Shown: positions 1 through 8,660, counted from the stretch's first letter. The stretch: 32,240 bases of DNA from Methanogenium sp. MK-MG (GCF_009914725.1 NZ_JAAAWJ010000020.1:1-32240), one strand, 5' to 3'. The notes: generated by a model from the sequence alone, not told the origin. Translations and numbers: made by a program.

Positions 1-310
1 GAGCCATAATAACCTCAAAGAATCCGTCATTCAGGATTCCTTACATATATCTCGGGTTTTTATAGGTTAAAGTACTTTTGGGGTTGTGTCCCAGCCTGTT
101 ATTCCTTTTTTCATTTTCATTTTATCATCTCTTTACTTTTTACGGCAGGCAGACCAATCCCCCCCCATTTTCAGGAAGAATCAGATCCACCGAAAAATCA
201 TTTCACTTCATCATACATAACCTCTTCAGGCCAAATCGTCTAAATAGAAATACCCATTTAGATGATGTGGCCAGAACAGCAATATACCATAAATTTATAA
301 TCTCATAGTC

Positions 311-772
311 ATGGCAGGAAAGAGTTCATTTTTACTGGCAGTCCTTCTCCTTGCGGCACTGTTCATTGCACCTGCAACAGCGGGCGATGTGATGGAAAAA
401 GTTGAGACGGGTGATATTATCGTCATACCTTCGGTTGACGAGTACAATCCCGATCTTTCAGGTTCAAAAGTACAAAACCAGATCACCCAGGGAGAGATGA
501 TCGTCCATTCAAGGTACGTTTGGCCCTTTACGTCAAAAATTGACGTTACATTGACCTGGGATGAACACTTTGGAGATCTTGAATTGTATGTATATAAACC
601 GGGTGACAACTTTGTCGGACACTACACTGACCTGTACGATAGTTCGGTAAAGGACGGCGTGATTGACATTGACATAAAACCGTCCTCAGGCTTTCTTCCC
701 ATGGGTGACTGGGAACTCAGGGTATATGGGAGAGAGGTTTTTGGATCATCTGTCAGTTACTCATTGTTGTAA
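311..772 (+). CDS. Secreted protein consisting of an N-terminal signal peptide and a pre-peptidase C-terminal (PPC)-like domain
   Basis: N-terminus MAGKSSFLLAVLLLAALFIAPATAG is a classic signal peptide. The rest (TLTWDEHFGDLELYVYKPGDNFVGHY...GDWELRVYGREVFGSSVSYSL) follows the PPC-domain pattern (W..DLDLyly.p.G...........G.y.l.V.gy.g...Y.l). Confidence 0.5.
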   Translation: MAGKSSFLLAVLLLAALFIAPATAGDVMEKVETGDIIVIPSVDEYNPDLSGSKVQNQITQGEMIVHSRYVWPFTSKIDVTLTWDEHFGDLELYVYKPGDNFVGHYTDLYDSSVKDGVIDIDIKPSSGFLPMGDWELRVYGREVFGSSVSYSLL

Positions 773-812
773 TACCGGCAAACTAAATACCTCGTTTTTT
801 ATATAATATATT

Positions 813-1553
813 ATGGATCTGAAAGGGACAATCATTACAATTGTATGTATTGTGATCATTGCCTATGCCAATCAGGCTTCAGTACACTCAAATATTATTG
901 TCACACCAAGTGCAGACCCACCGGATCTTACCAGAGAAGATGTGGTGTATGTTGTCGAATGGTGGGAACTTCCGTTAAAATCTCATATCACCTCATTTAT
1001 TGCAATAAATATCCCGATTCTAATACCGTTCGGCAGTCTCCTCGCAATACTATCAGGTGCTTTTCTCGGTGTTCGTCAGATTGAAAAGAAAACTATTCTG
1101 GAGAATGAACGGAGAACAAAAATTTATGAGGAAATACAGAAAAATCCCGGCATAATAGCAACCGAAATGGAGACGGTAACCGGAATTAACCGCAGTTCCC
1201 TGCGGCACCATCTGGAAATCCTGGAACGGGAAGGGATCATCATTTCCCAAAAAATAACGAAACAACGGCATTACTTTGAAAATCACCATAAATACAGCCC
1301 TGAATGCCAGCTCGCCATGTCTGTTCTGGACGGTGAGACCACCCGTGATATTTTTGGATATATAACTGCACATCCCGGCTGCACGAAAAAAGATATCTCG
1401 GAATATACAAAAGTATCCGGACCCACAATATCATGGCACATTGATAAACTCCGTTCCGGCAATCTTGTACATATTGAGAAAGAGAAGAATTACAATCATT
1501 ATTTTCCAGAGGAGACGGCGGAATTTTTTGTACATACGAACTCCGTCGGATAG
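813..1553 (+). CDS. Membrane-anchored transcriptional regulator with two tandem winged-helix (ArsR/TrmB-like) domains
   Basis: Two hydrophobic helices (TIITIVCIVIIAYA; ITSFIAINIPILIPFGSLLAILSGAFLGV) are followed by two wHTH-like segments (IYEEIQKNPGIIATEMETVTGINRSSLRHHLEILEREGII; DIFGYITAHPGCTKKDISEYTKVSGPTISWHIDKLRSGNLV). The start lies 40 bp after the upstream gene stop with a TATA-like run in between, so it is probably co-transcribed. Confidence 0.55.
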   Translation: MDLKGTIITIVCIVIIAYANQASVHSNIIVTPSADPPDLTREDVVYVVEWWELPLKSHITSFIAINIPILIPFGSLLAILSGAFLGVRQIEKKTILENERRTKIYEEIQKNPGIIATEMETVTGINRSSLRHHLEILEREGIIISQKITKQRHYFENHHKYSPECQLAMSVLDGETTRDIFGYITAHPGCTKKDISEYTKVSGPTISWHIDKLRSGNLVHIEKEKNYNHYFPEETAEFFVHTNSVG

Positions 1554-2754
1554 GAGAGGGTGAATATCTTCCCATTATATGACTCAGTTAGTGACTGAAG
1601 ACAGATGCACCAATCTGATGAAAACTCCACCGGGTTCATATTCCAGATGACGGACACAGGATGTGCCGTTCGTTATCCCGGTAACGGCGGTGCAGTATAC
1701 TCGTCATCGGGGCAAATGCCCGGCATCTGGTTAAGCAACGCTTAAATAACCCCCAAAAAGGGCCTGTACTCCGGAAAACGCGTCCACACAGAAGCCCGGA
1801 GAGGGCCTTTCTCAGCCGGAGACGACATGCACATCCTCTCAAAATATTCGCCAATAGCGACCCCTTATTAGTCCGCAATAAATCTTCATTTTAGCAAATA
1901 ACAGGTATTACAGCCGTCATTTCCCGGCAGTAAAAAAGAGCAGAAAATACGTCCATTCCACCCCCCAATTCCCCAAAACAGGGGGTAAAAAACAGAGAGT
2001 CCGACACCGTGGGGTCAAAGAGGGTGAGCAGAGGGTTACTAAAAAAGGATTGATGTGTCAGTACAGGATTTTAGATTTCCATCCTCTTCTGTTGACATTA
2101 CTACAATTACTCTGGAATCGCTCCGCACTTCCAGCCATCATGAATCGTTCCACCAGACACGGGTAATCACCGTCTTCCCGTGCCGCTTATCTGTTCCCTT
2201 TCACCACGCAGACTTTTTCTTTATGCCATCTGCCATCCCCTCTGTTTCTGTGCATAAAACAATCGTGCACAGGAGATTCTCTCCATGAAAGAGAACGAAG
2301 AAATCGAAAAAACGAAACAAAAACCGGCCTGAATTCCCGCCCTGACCAGCCATCAGTGCGTGTCCGGGAGAATCGAATCGCAGAAGGAAGATCACGGCTG
2401 GTGATGCCGAACAGGGAGGTGCGGACATGCGACCCGCAGCGCTGACAGGAGAGGGCAGCCCCACCACAAAATCCTGCGCCAACAGTGGGATGTCGGGAAC
2501 TGCCGATGAACGGTCGGCGGCAAAAAATATAAACACCACGGCTGCTGCAGGGAAGAGCATCAGGGCCGGGCCTGTTCCCCTCTGCCTCATCCCGCGGACG
2601 CTCTCGTCAGAGATTCACGCACACGGTGGGGATATAATCCGGGATCGTAATCAAACGAACCGGGCAGCACGTCTATGCGATCACGCTGACCTACCATCAT
2701 GGCCAAACCCATTCATTACCTATTTATTTCCACCCGTGTACTGAACTTCTAACA

Positions 2755-3591
2755 ATGAAAAATACCGAAAATAAGAGAACCAATATACCCGTAATTCTGG
2801 CACTCCTCCTCATCGCAGGATTAGCAATAATAGCCGTCCACCCAACCCTCGCAGCCACTCCCGGCCTCACCGCCGTCCCCGCTGAACTGAATGTCACCAA
2901 AGCCATTGCAACGATGGACGCGGCATTCGATGAAGGCAACTGGCCGCGGGCCGCTGCGTATGCAGAACTGATCACCCGGAATGCTGAGAAAGATGAGATT
3001 GATGAGACAGACGATCCTGTGCCAGCCGATGTCTGGTGCAAATGGGGATACTCCCTCAGGAAGATGGGAAAGTATGACGAGGCACTGGCTGCGGCATCCG
3101 TTGCTGTTGAGAAAGATCCTGACAATGTCGCGGCATACCTGAACCGTGGATATACCTACCTGGCGCTCAGCGATTACCATAATGCACGAATGGATGCGGA
3201 AGCTGCCCTCAAACTCGAATCGGGTAACGCCAGTGCATACAATATCATCGCATCAGGCCTCCTGGGAGAAGGCGACCCGAAAAATGCCCTGGTTGCCGCT
3301 GACACCGCTCTCATCCTCAGGCCCGATCACATCAATTACCTCAATACCAAGGGCATGATACTCATACAACTGGGAAAGTATTCGGATGCCGTCTTCATAC
3401 TCACCAAGGCAACGGAATCACAGGACGCATATATCGCCCCCTACCCTGATGCAATACCTCCCGAAGAAAACCTGAAGACCGCCCAGAGACTCTATGATGA
3501 AAACAAAGCACCCGATGCCCTGATCATCATTGCCGCCGTAGTGATTCTTGCAATAGGGGCTGGCGCCATATTCCTGCAGAGAAAGAAATAA
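2755..3591 (+). CDS. TPR-repeat protein with N-terminal signal/anchor and C-terminal transmembrane helix
   Basis: N-terminal hydrophobic segment IPVILALLLIAGLAIIAV. Several 34-aa TPR-like units (W..kG..l..lGkYdEAl.a...A.e.dP.n..ay..rG) follow. The C-terminus ends with ALIIIAAVVILAIGAGAIFLQRKK. Confidence 0.6.
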   Translation: MKNTENKRTNIPVILALLLIAGLAIIAVHPTLAATPGLTAVPAELNVTKAIATMDAAFDEGNWPRAAAYAELITRNAEKDEIDETDDPVPADVWCKWGYSLRKMGKYDEALAAASVAVEKDPDNVAAYLNRGYTYLALSDYHNARMDAEAALKLESGNASAYNIIASGLLGEGDPKNALVAADTALILRPDHINYLNTKGMILIQLGKYSDAVFILTKATESQDAYIAPYPDAIPPEENLKTAQRLYDENKAPDALIIIAAVVILAIGAGAIFLQRKK

Positions 3592-3642
3592 GAGAATAGG
3601 GGATCAAAGAGGGGGGAATAAGAGAGGAGGAGATCAGAACAG

Positions 3643-4218
3643 ATGCTTCACTTCGAGAAAAAAGGCATCCGGATACTGGGAATCGCAGAGAGCTACCGCG
3701 GACGGGAACAGTCCCTCGTCTGTGGTATTGTCATGCGGCGGGACAGAATCATCGACGGCTGCACCTTCTCACATGCCACCGTCGGAGGCATGGACGCAAC
3801 AGACGCCGTCCTTGCCATATGGAACCGCCTTGCACGGGACGACATACAGGCCATCATGCTGGGTGGCACGGTCATCTCCTGGTTTAATGTCATCAACATC
3901 ATGCAGCTGCACCAACAGACAGGGCTTCCGGTCATATCGGTCACATATGAAGATTCACCCGGCCTTGAAGATGACATCAGCCACCACTTCCCCGGAGATG
4001 AGGAAAGACTTGCAGCATACCTCTCCTTAGGAAAAAGAAAGACCTGCCAGCTCTCAACAGGTGAGACCGTATATCTTCGTGCAGAAGGCATCTCCCTTGC
4101 AGATGCCGTCCATGCCTGCAATATCTTTACCGCTCAGGGAAAAATACCCGAACCCGTGCGTGTGGCACGTATCATTGCACGGGGTCTTCTGCCGGAAGAC
4201 CCCGACAGAGCGGATTAA
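3643..4218 (+). CDS. UPF0215 / DUF99 family protein (archaeal)
   Basis: MLHFEKKGIRILGIAESYRGREQSLVCGIVMRRDRIIDG...AIMLGGTVISWFNVINI...GLPVISV matches the conserved N-terminal core of archaeal UPF0215 proteins (..GIRVVGIDDSPF......LVGVVMRG...IDGV....ITVDG.D.T..I......AIMLDGIT..GFNIVDI.....TGLPVIVV), recalled from memory. Confidence 0.6.
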   Translation: MLHFEKKGIRILGIAESYRGREQSLVCGIVMRRDRIIDGCTFSHATVGGMDATDAVLAIWNRLARDDIQAIMLGGTVISWFNVINIMQLHQQTGLPVISVTYEDSPGLEDDISHHFPGDEERLAAYLSLGKRKTCQLSTGETVYLRAEGISLADAVHACNIFTAQGKIPEPVRVARIIARGLLPEDPDRAD

Positions 4219-4730
4219 AACTCAATACCCCTGCGGGCCCGCACACCGGCCGCATAGTAATGTTTTATCTTTTTCATCTCCGTGACAAGATCGGCTGCCT
4301 CAATTAATTCAGGTGGTGCATACCTTCCGGTGCAGATCACATCAACATGAGGAGCCCTGCCGGTGAGAGCGGCCATCACATCTGAGAGTTCAAATAGCCC
4401 GTAGTAGAGTGCCACGTTGATCTCATCCAGGACGACAAGGTCATACTCACCCGACCGGAGTATTTCAGCACAGACATCCAGCCCTTCTCTGGCAGCGATG
4501 ATGTCACTCTCTTCCGGCTGCCCCTCGATAAACCGCCCCTCCCCGTACTGTACAATAGTAAATTCCGGGAAATGCGACGGAAGAGAGAGCTCCCCTGTCT
4601 GCACCCCCTTGATGAACTGAGCGAAATACACCCGGTATCCGGCAACAAGAGACCGGACACTAACACCAAGAGCCGCCGTTGTCTTTCCTTTACCCTCTCC
4701 CGTGTAGACCTGAATATATCCCTGTTTCAT
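4215..4730 (-). CDS. cobA: Cob(I)yrinic acid a,c-diamide / cob(I)alamin adenosyltransferase (CobA/CobO/BtuR family)
   Basis: MKQGYIQVYTGEGKGKTTAALGVSVRSLVAGYRVYFAQFIKG...DLVVLDEINVALYYGL...ICTGRYAPPELIEAADLVTEMKKIKH carries the P-loop GEGKGKTTAA and the typical CobA/BtuR architecture. Its stop overlaps the convergent DUF99 gene stop by 4 nt. Confidence 0.85.
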   Translation of the reverse strand: MKQGYIQVYTGEGKGKTTAALGVSVRSLVAGYRVYFAQFIKGVQTGELSLPSHFPEFTIVQYGEGRFIEGQPEESDIIAAREGLDVCAEILRSGEYDLVVLDEINVALYYGLFELSDVMAALTGRAPHVDVICTGRYAPPELIEAADLVTEMKKIKHYYAAGVRARRGIEF

Positions 4731-4804
4731 GCGTTAATTTTCTCTTAATCTCCTATGTCAAAAGCATTTCCGGTATGATACCACACAGGCATACACAAAA
4801 AAAG

Positions 4805-4948
4805 TTCAGAATATATTATACACATGCTTTTCCAGGGCTTCCCTGTCACGTTCAAGATCCCTGAGCAGGTCGTCCCGGACAGTTTCATATATGGTCCCAT
4901 CATCCGCCAGATGCCGGACGATATCCTCTTCCCTCATAATAAGGGTCA
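4805..4948 (-). CDS. Small ORF (47 aa) MTLIMREEDIVRHLADDGTIYETVRDDLLRDLERDREALEKHVYNIF; hypothetical
   Basis: Manually translated, below the ORF-track threshold, coordinates approximate. Charged helical composition. No homolog recognised. Confidence 0.15.
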
Positions 4949-5047
4949 TACGCAGGTAGTCAGATCAGAGACAGGGCAATACCCCCGCACAGACGATCCC
5001 TGTGTGCAATCAGTTGCATTATGTCTTTCTTTCAGCAAAGCCCGGAG

Positions 5048-5245
5048 TCAACTATTTTTTTTCCTGTGCATGTATGCTCGGTCTGCAACATCGAGTGCAC
5101 TATATACAATAACCAGAACAACTACGGTCGCAAAGAAACCGGCAATCCCGTCACCAGAATAATTCCGGGCAACATTCCCTGCGATCATTCCGGCACCAAC
5201 AGAAACCAGAAGTTTTACACATTCAATTCTGTCGAGCCTGACCAT
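5048..5245 (-). CDS. Small hypothetical membrane protein (65 aa, two predicted TM helices)
   Basis: Two hydrophobic stretches: LLVSVGAGMIAGNVA and IAGFFATVVVLVIVYSAL. No recognisable family. Overlapping plus-strand ORFs look non-coding. Confidence 0.25.
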   Translation of the reverse strand: MVRLDRIECVKLLVSVGAGMIAGNVARNYSGDGIAGFFATVVVLVIVYSALDVADRAYMHRKKNS

Positions 5246-5437
5246 ATGTATCAGTTCTCTCTGTTATCAGAAGTGCATTTCTCTTCGGGCACACACTTTG
5301 TGCCCGGTATAAATGCTTCAGAAATTTCATTGCCATCAGCAGCGGAAGGAACCGCACAAAAAAACACAGATCTTACGAAAAAAGCGGGCAGGAAGCCCAC
5401 GACTTTAGCCGTGGGCAGTTGACGGCAGGTATATATG

Positions 5438-5482
5438 TTAACGGCGTTAATTATATAATATGCAAGCCATTAACAGCGTTAA
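5438..5482. promoter_or_regulatory. Two copies of a 13-bp palindrome TTAACrGCGTTAA flanking the TATA-like box and start of the small wHTH regulator gene (candidate autoregulatory operator)
   Basis: TTAACGGCGTTAA (perfect palindrome), then TTATATAATATG, then about 10 nt further TTAACAGCGTTAA (one mismatch). Coordinates approximate. Confidence 0.45.
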
Positions 5483-5726
5483 CAAAGTGCGGCTCCCCCC
5501 ATCTTCCCAGCGGGTATTGGCTCTTCTGAAGGACGGACAGGCAAGGACATTCAAGCAGGTGACGCAGGAAATAGATATTTCACCACGAACGGTCAGGTAT
5601 GCAATAAAAAAACTAAAAGAGAGCGGACTTATCATCGAGAAATTCAACTTCAGAGACGCCCGTCAGGTTCTCTATCAGATCAAGGACGTACTGACTTCTG
5701 AAGAAACGCAGAAGGCAACTGCATGA
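5460..5726 (+). CDS. Small winged-helix transcriptional regulator (MarR/TrmB-like wHTH)
   Basis: 88 aa. SQRVLALLKDGQARTFKQVTQEIDISPRTVRYAIKKLKESGLI is a canonical wHTH. The start sits directly behind a TATA-like box and is flanked by two copies of a 13-bp palindrome (see regulatory feature). Its stop overlaps the next gene start (ATGA). Confidence 0.6.
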   Translation: MQAINSVNKVRLPPSSQRVLALLKDGQARTFKQVTQEIDISPRTVRYAIKKLKESGLIIEKFNFRDARQVLYQIKDVLTSEETQKATA

Positions 5727-6037
5727 AGCAGCCGTCCTGTGACATTTTGATTTGTGATGAGATGGTACGTCTGTATCTGCCACAGATACGGGCCGAAGTC
5801 GTATCCAGAATGGTAATCCAGAGAGGACTTACCCAGAAATGCGTTGCAGGATATATGGGCCTGACCCCTGCTGCCGTATCCCAGTATGTCAGCAGAAAAC
5901 GCGGATGCAAATGCATCGAAATATCAGAGGATCTTAATGCAGTAATTGACCGGTGGGCCTGGTCACTCATCAACGGTGACAGCAGTGTTACCATCTGTGA
6001 CATATGCAGATGCGTCCGGAGAGAACTTAAAGAATAA
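5723..6037 (+). CDS. Putative HTH DNA-binding protein with C-terminal Cys-rich (CxC...CxxCxC) motif
   Basis: 104 aa. Predicted HTH at RGLTQKCVAGYMGLTPAAVSQYVSRKRG. The C-terminus carries CKC and CDICRC, suggesting metal binding. Translationally coupled to the upstream regulator. Confidence 0.45.
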   Translation: MKQPSCDILICDEMVRLYLPQIRAEVVSRMVIQRGLTQKCVAGYMGLTPAAVSQYVSRKRGCKCIEISEDLNAVIDRWAWSLINGDSSVTICDICRCVRRELKE

Positions 6038-6164
6038 AGGTCCTTTTGACGACAATTATCCACTCAGGACATAACTGAATTCTGCAGCAAAAACACGATC
6101 AGACTCTTTTAAAAATAAGATTACAGACAAACAACACACCCGTCCGGTAATCGAATTAAATATC

Positions 6165-7010
6165 TTGTTTAACAATACACCTCTGAACATGAAGGACAAG
6201 TCTGCTGTAATATACACTGACGGCGCCTCGCGCGGGAATCCGGGAAGATCAGCGTGGGCCTACATTATACTGAATAATGGAATAATCGAAACAAGGAATT
6301 CAGGGTACTGTGCATATGCAACAAACAATCAGGCCGAATATTACGCAGTGATACATGCACTCTCAGATGCAGAAGAGCAGGGGTTCAGAAATATTCTTCT
6401 CTACTCCGACAGTCAGCTGATTATTCGTCAGCTCAGAGGTGAATACAAGGTCAGAGATCGCTGCCTGAGAGACCTGTATATGAAAACAATTGCAATCGTC
6501 AAAAAATTTGATTCGGTCTCTTTTGAAAATGTGCCGCGCTCAAATAAAAACATCAGCATCGCTGACAGGATGTGCAATGAGACGCTTGACAGGATGCAAA
6601 AGAGCGATACAACACCATTTGACGAAGATATCGTCAGCATACCAGAAATAAAGCTCAAACCTGTAGGAATTGTCAGATCACCCTATACAACGCCTGGTGA
6701 TGCACCCCGGCAGGGACAGCTTTCGGATCAGTTATCTGAGATTCATATATTCCCGGAATACAGGGATGCATTATACACAATTGAGCAATGCAGACAACTC
6801 GTTGTTCTCTGCTGGTTTGACAGGGCAGAACGTTCATTGCTCAGGGCAACACCACCGGGACAGACTGGAGAACGGGGTGTCTTTTCCATCAGGTCACCGG
6901 GACGCCCGAACCCCATTGCCCTTGAACTGGTCGATCTCGTTCAGATCAGTGGAACGGTCTTAACCGTCCGTGGACTGGATGCAATCGATAATACCCCGTT
7001 CTGGATATAA
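6165..7010 (+). CDS. Fusion protein: N-terminal type-1 RNase H (archaeal RNase HI-like) + C-terminal TsaA/YaeB (TrmO N-terminal, UPF0066)-like domain
   Basis: N-terminal domain: AVIYTDGASRGNPGRSAWAYII...NNQAEYYAVIHAL...LLYSDSQLIIRQLRGEYKV...FENVPRSNKNISIADRMCNE carries the RNase H catalytic motifs (DG..GNPG; E; D..l; D at the end). C-terminal domain: KPVGIVRSPYTTPGDAPRQGQL...IHIFPEYRDALYTIEQCRQLVVLCWFD...GVFSIRSPGRPNPIALELVDLVQISGTVLTVRGLDAIDNTPFWI aligns well with E. coli YaeB/TrmO residues 8-125 (IGVIRSPY...PRQPGL...RPNPIGMSLVEL...L.GLDLVDGTPV). Confidence 0.7.
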   Translation: MFNNTPLNMKDKSAVIYTDGASRGNPGRSAWAYIILNNGIIETRNSGYCAYATNNQAEYYAVIHALSDAEEQGFRNILLYSDSQLIIRQLRGEYKVRDRCLRDLYMKTIAIVKKFDSVSFENVPRSNKNISIADRMCNETLDRMQKSDTTPFDEDIVSIPEIKLKPVGIVRSPYTTPGDAPRQGQLSDQLSEIHIFPEYRDALYTIEQCRQLVVLCWFDRAERSLLRATPPGQTGERGVFSIRSPGRPNPIALELVDLVQISGTVLTVRGLDAIDNTPFWI

Positions 7011-7191
7011 AACCCTTCATCAACCCTGACAGGGTTCGGAATACAAAAACAGAATAAACCCGTGATGTTTCAGACATCATTTTAATGACAAAAAAATAAG
7101 CAAATATATCAGTCTGAGTATTGAGAACATATATAGATTTATGCAGGTCGAATGAAAGAAAATCATTCATGAATACAGTAAGGAGAATATT

Positions 7192-8088
7192 ATGACAGAA
7201 AATACCGAAAATTCAGAACAGGCATGCGATGGAAACTGTTCATCATGCGCAACCGCGTCCACGTGTACGGATCCAGAGAAGAAGACCAGTGGCATACAGC
7301 GGGTAGAGATCAGTGTAAAGCACATCATTCTCGTTCTTTCAGGCAAGGGAGGAGTTGGAAAGAGCACTGTCGCAACAAATCTCGCCATGTCACTTGCCAA
7401 TAAGGGATATGACACAGGGATTGTTGATCTTGACATTCACGGACCAAACATCCCTAAGATGCTGGGTATTGAAGACAAACGCCTTGAATCACGTGACGGA
7501 AAAACGATTGAACCAGTACGCCTCACAGGAAAACTCGGTGTCGTCTCAATGGCCTTTTTACTCCCGGACACCTCCAGCCCGGTTGTCTGGCGCGGTCCAA
7601 TGAAATTTACCGCAATCAAACAGTTCCTGGAAGATGTGAACTGGGGGGATATGGAATATCTCATCGTTGACCTCCCGCCCGGTACCGGTGATGAGGCACT
7701 TGCTATTGCACAGCTCGCGCCCAATATTGATGGTGCGGTCATTGTCACAACCCCACAGGATGTTGCCGTGATGGATTCGACAAAGGCTGTTAAATTCATT
7801 CAACAGCTTGATCTGCGTGTCATCGGTATCATTGAAAACATGAGCGGGATGGTCTGTCCGCACTGTGGTGATGAAATTGACCTCTTTGGAAAGGGAGGAG
7901 GCAAAAAAGCTGCAGAGGAACTGAAAGTACCGTACCTCGGTTCAATACCAATCGATCCTGAAATGCGCAAGGCAGGCGATGAGGGTCGGCCATTCATTCT
8001 CAGAAAAGCAGGGGATGAACAGCATCAGGCAACATGGGAAAAAGTTGATGCGGTAATGGACAACATTCTCAAAGAACTGAAAGAGTAA
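7192..8088 (+). CDS. Mrp/NBP35/ApbC-family Fe-S cluster carrier ATPase
   Basis: N-terminal Cys-rich stretch CDGNCSSCATASTC, deviant Walker A GKGGVGKST, ParA/MinD fold, and conserved CPHC (MVCPHCGDE). An AGGAGA Shine-Dalgarno sits 7 nt upstream of the ATG. Confidence 0.85.
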   Translation: MTENTENSEQACDGNCSSCATASTCTDPEKKTSGIQRVEISVKHIILVLSGKGGVGKSTVATNLAMSLANKGYDTGIVDLDIHGPNIPKMLGIEDKRLESRDGKTIEPVRLTGKLGVVSMAFLLPDTSSPVVWRGPMKFTAIKQFLEDVNWGDMEYLIVDLPPGTGDEALAIAQLAPNIDGAVIVTTPQDVAVMDSTKAVKFIQQLDLRVIGIIENMSGMVCPHCGDEIDLFGKGGGKKAAEELKVPYLGSIPIDPEMRKAGDEGRPFILRKAGDEQHQATWEKVDAVMDNILKELKE

Positions 8089-8092
8089 TACA

Positions 8093-8108
8093 TTTTTTTC
8101 TTTTTTTC
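8093..8108 (+). terminator. Oligo-T archaeal intrinsic terminator candidate downstream of Mrp gene
   Basis: TTTTTTCTTTTTTT run begins 5 nt after the stop codon. Confidence 0.4.
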
Positions 8109-8180
8109 CCCTGACACTGCAATGCGGATATTTATCAATATCAGAAACCAATAGCACCGTCAACAAAGGAGTAATATTTC

Positions 8181-8489
8181 ATGGACTATATCGGGATCAT
8201 TTCCGGAAATGGCGAGGTACTTGACATATACCAGATGATTATACCCTGTCTTGAAAATATTGAGATATTGCCCCAGTCAATTGAACCAATATACTATAAA
8301 GCCATTAAACTGGAAGGAGATGGACTGGACCATTTCCGATTCGGACTCGTGCGCCTTCAGGTGTATGCAGATATACACCGGTATGAAGACAGCGATGAGA
8401 TGCAGAAGATAAAGTATGCTGCACAGATCCTTGAAAAAATAATATTTGGGAATCTTATGCTTGAGACAGAAGCATTTGCATCAGAATGA
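8181..8489 (+). CDS. Hypothetical protein (102 aa)
   Basis: Good Shine-Dalgarno (AAAGGAGT) 8 nt upstream of the ATG. No recognisable domain. Possibly co-transcribed after the Mrp terminator candidate. Confidence 0.45.
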   Translation: MDYIGIISGNGEVLDIYQMIIPCLENIEILPQSIEPIYYKAIKLEGDGLDHFRFGLVRLQVYADIHRYEDSDEMQKIKYAAQILEKIIFGNLMLETEAFASE

Positions 8490-8576
8490 TCTTTCAGTTA
8501 AATATTCCCTCCTTTTTGAAGAACCGTCTCTTTTTTATCTGGTAACGGACGGTTAACCGGCACACTCCCGGGGGAT

Positions 8577-8660
8577 ATGATGTCATCATGGAAATGCAGC
8601 ATATGTGGATACATCTACAGTGAATCTGGAATAAAATGGCCAAACCATTTTATAAGATGA
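8577..8660 (+). pseudogene. Truncated rubredoxin-like ORF (27 codons: MMSSWKCSICGYIYSESGIKWPNHFIR)
   Basis: WKCSICGYIY matches the first CxxCG knuckle of rubredoxins (YVCTVCGYIYD). The reading frame ends before the second CPxCG knuckle. Coordinates manually derived. Confidence 0.2.

Noticed and set aside
845-1084. Cys/His-rich 79-aa ORF (MYCDHCLCQSG...) overlapping the start of the membrane-anchored regulator gene in another frame
   Set aside because: An alternative frame of a better-supported longer ORF. The Cys richness comes from the TGY codon content of the hydrophobic segment.
2201-2590. 129-aa minus-strand ORF with signal-peptide-like N-terminus inside the GC-rich ORF-poor region
   Set aside because: No start context or homolog is recognisable, and the composition (Arg/Pro/Ala-rich) is typical of random GC-rich translation. 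It is kept only as part of the ORF-poor-region finding.
4824-5422. Plus-strand ORFs of 112 and 133 aa between cobA and the regulator pair
   Set aside because: Translations are low-complexity and junk-like, they overlap each other, and they lie opposite more plausible small minus-strand ORFs. There is no Shine-Dalgarno or promoter logic.
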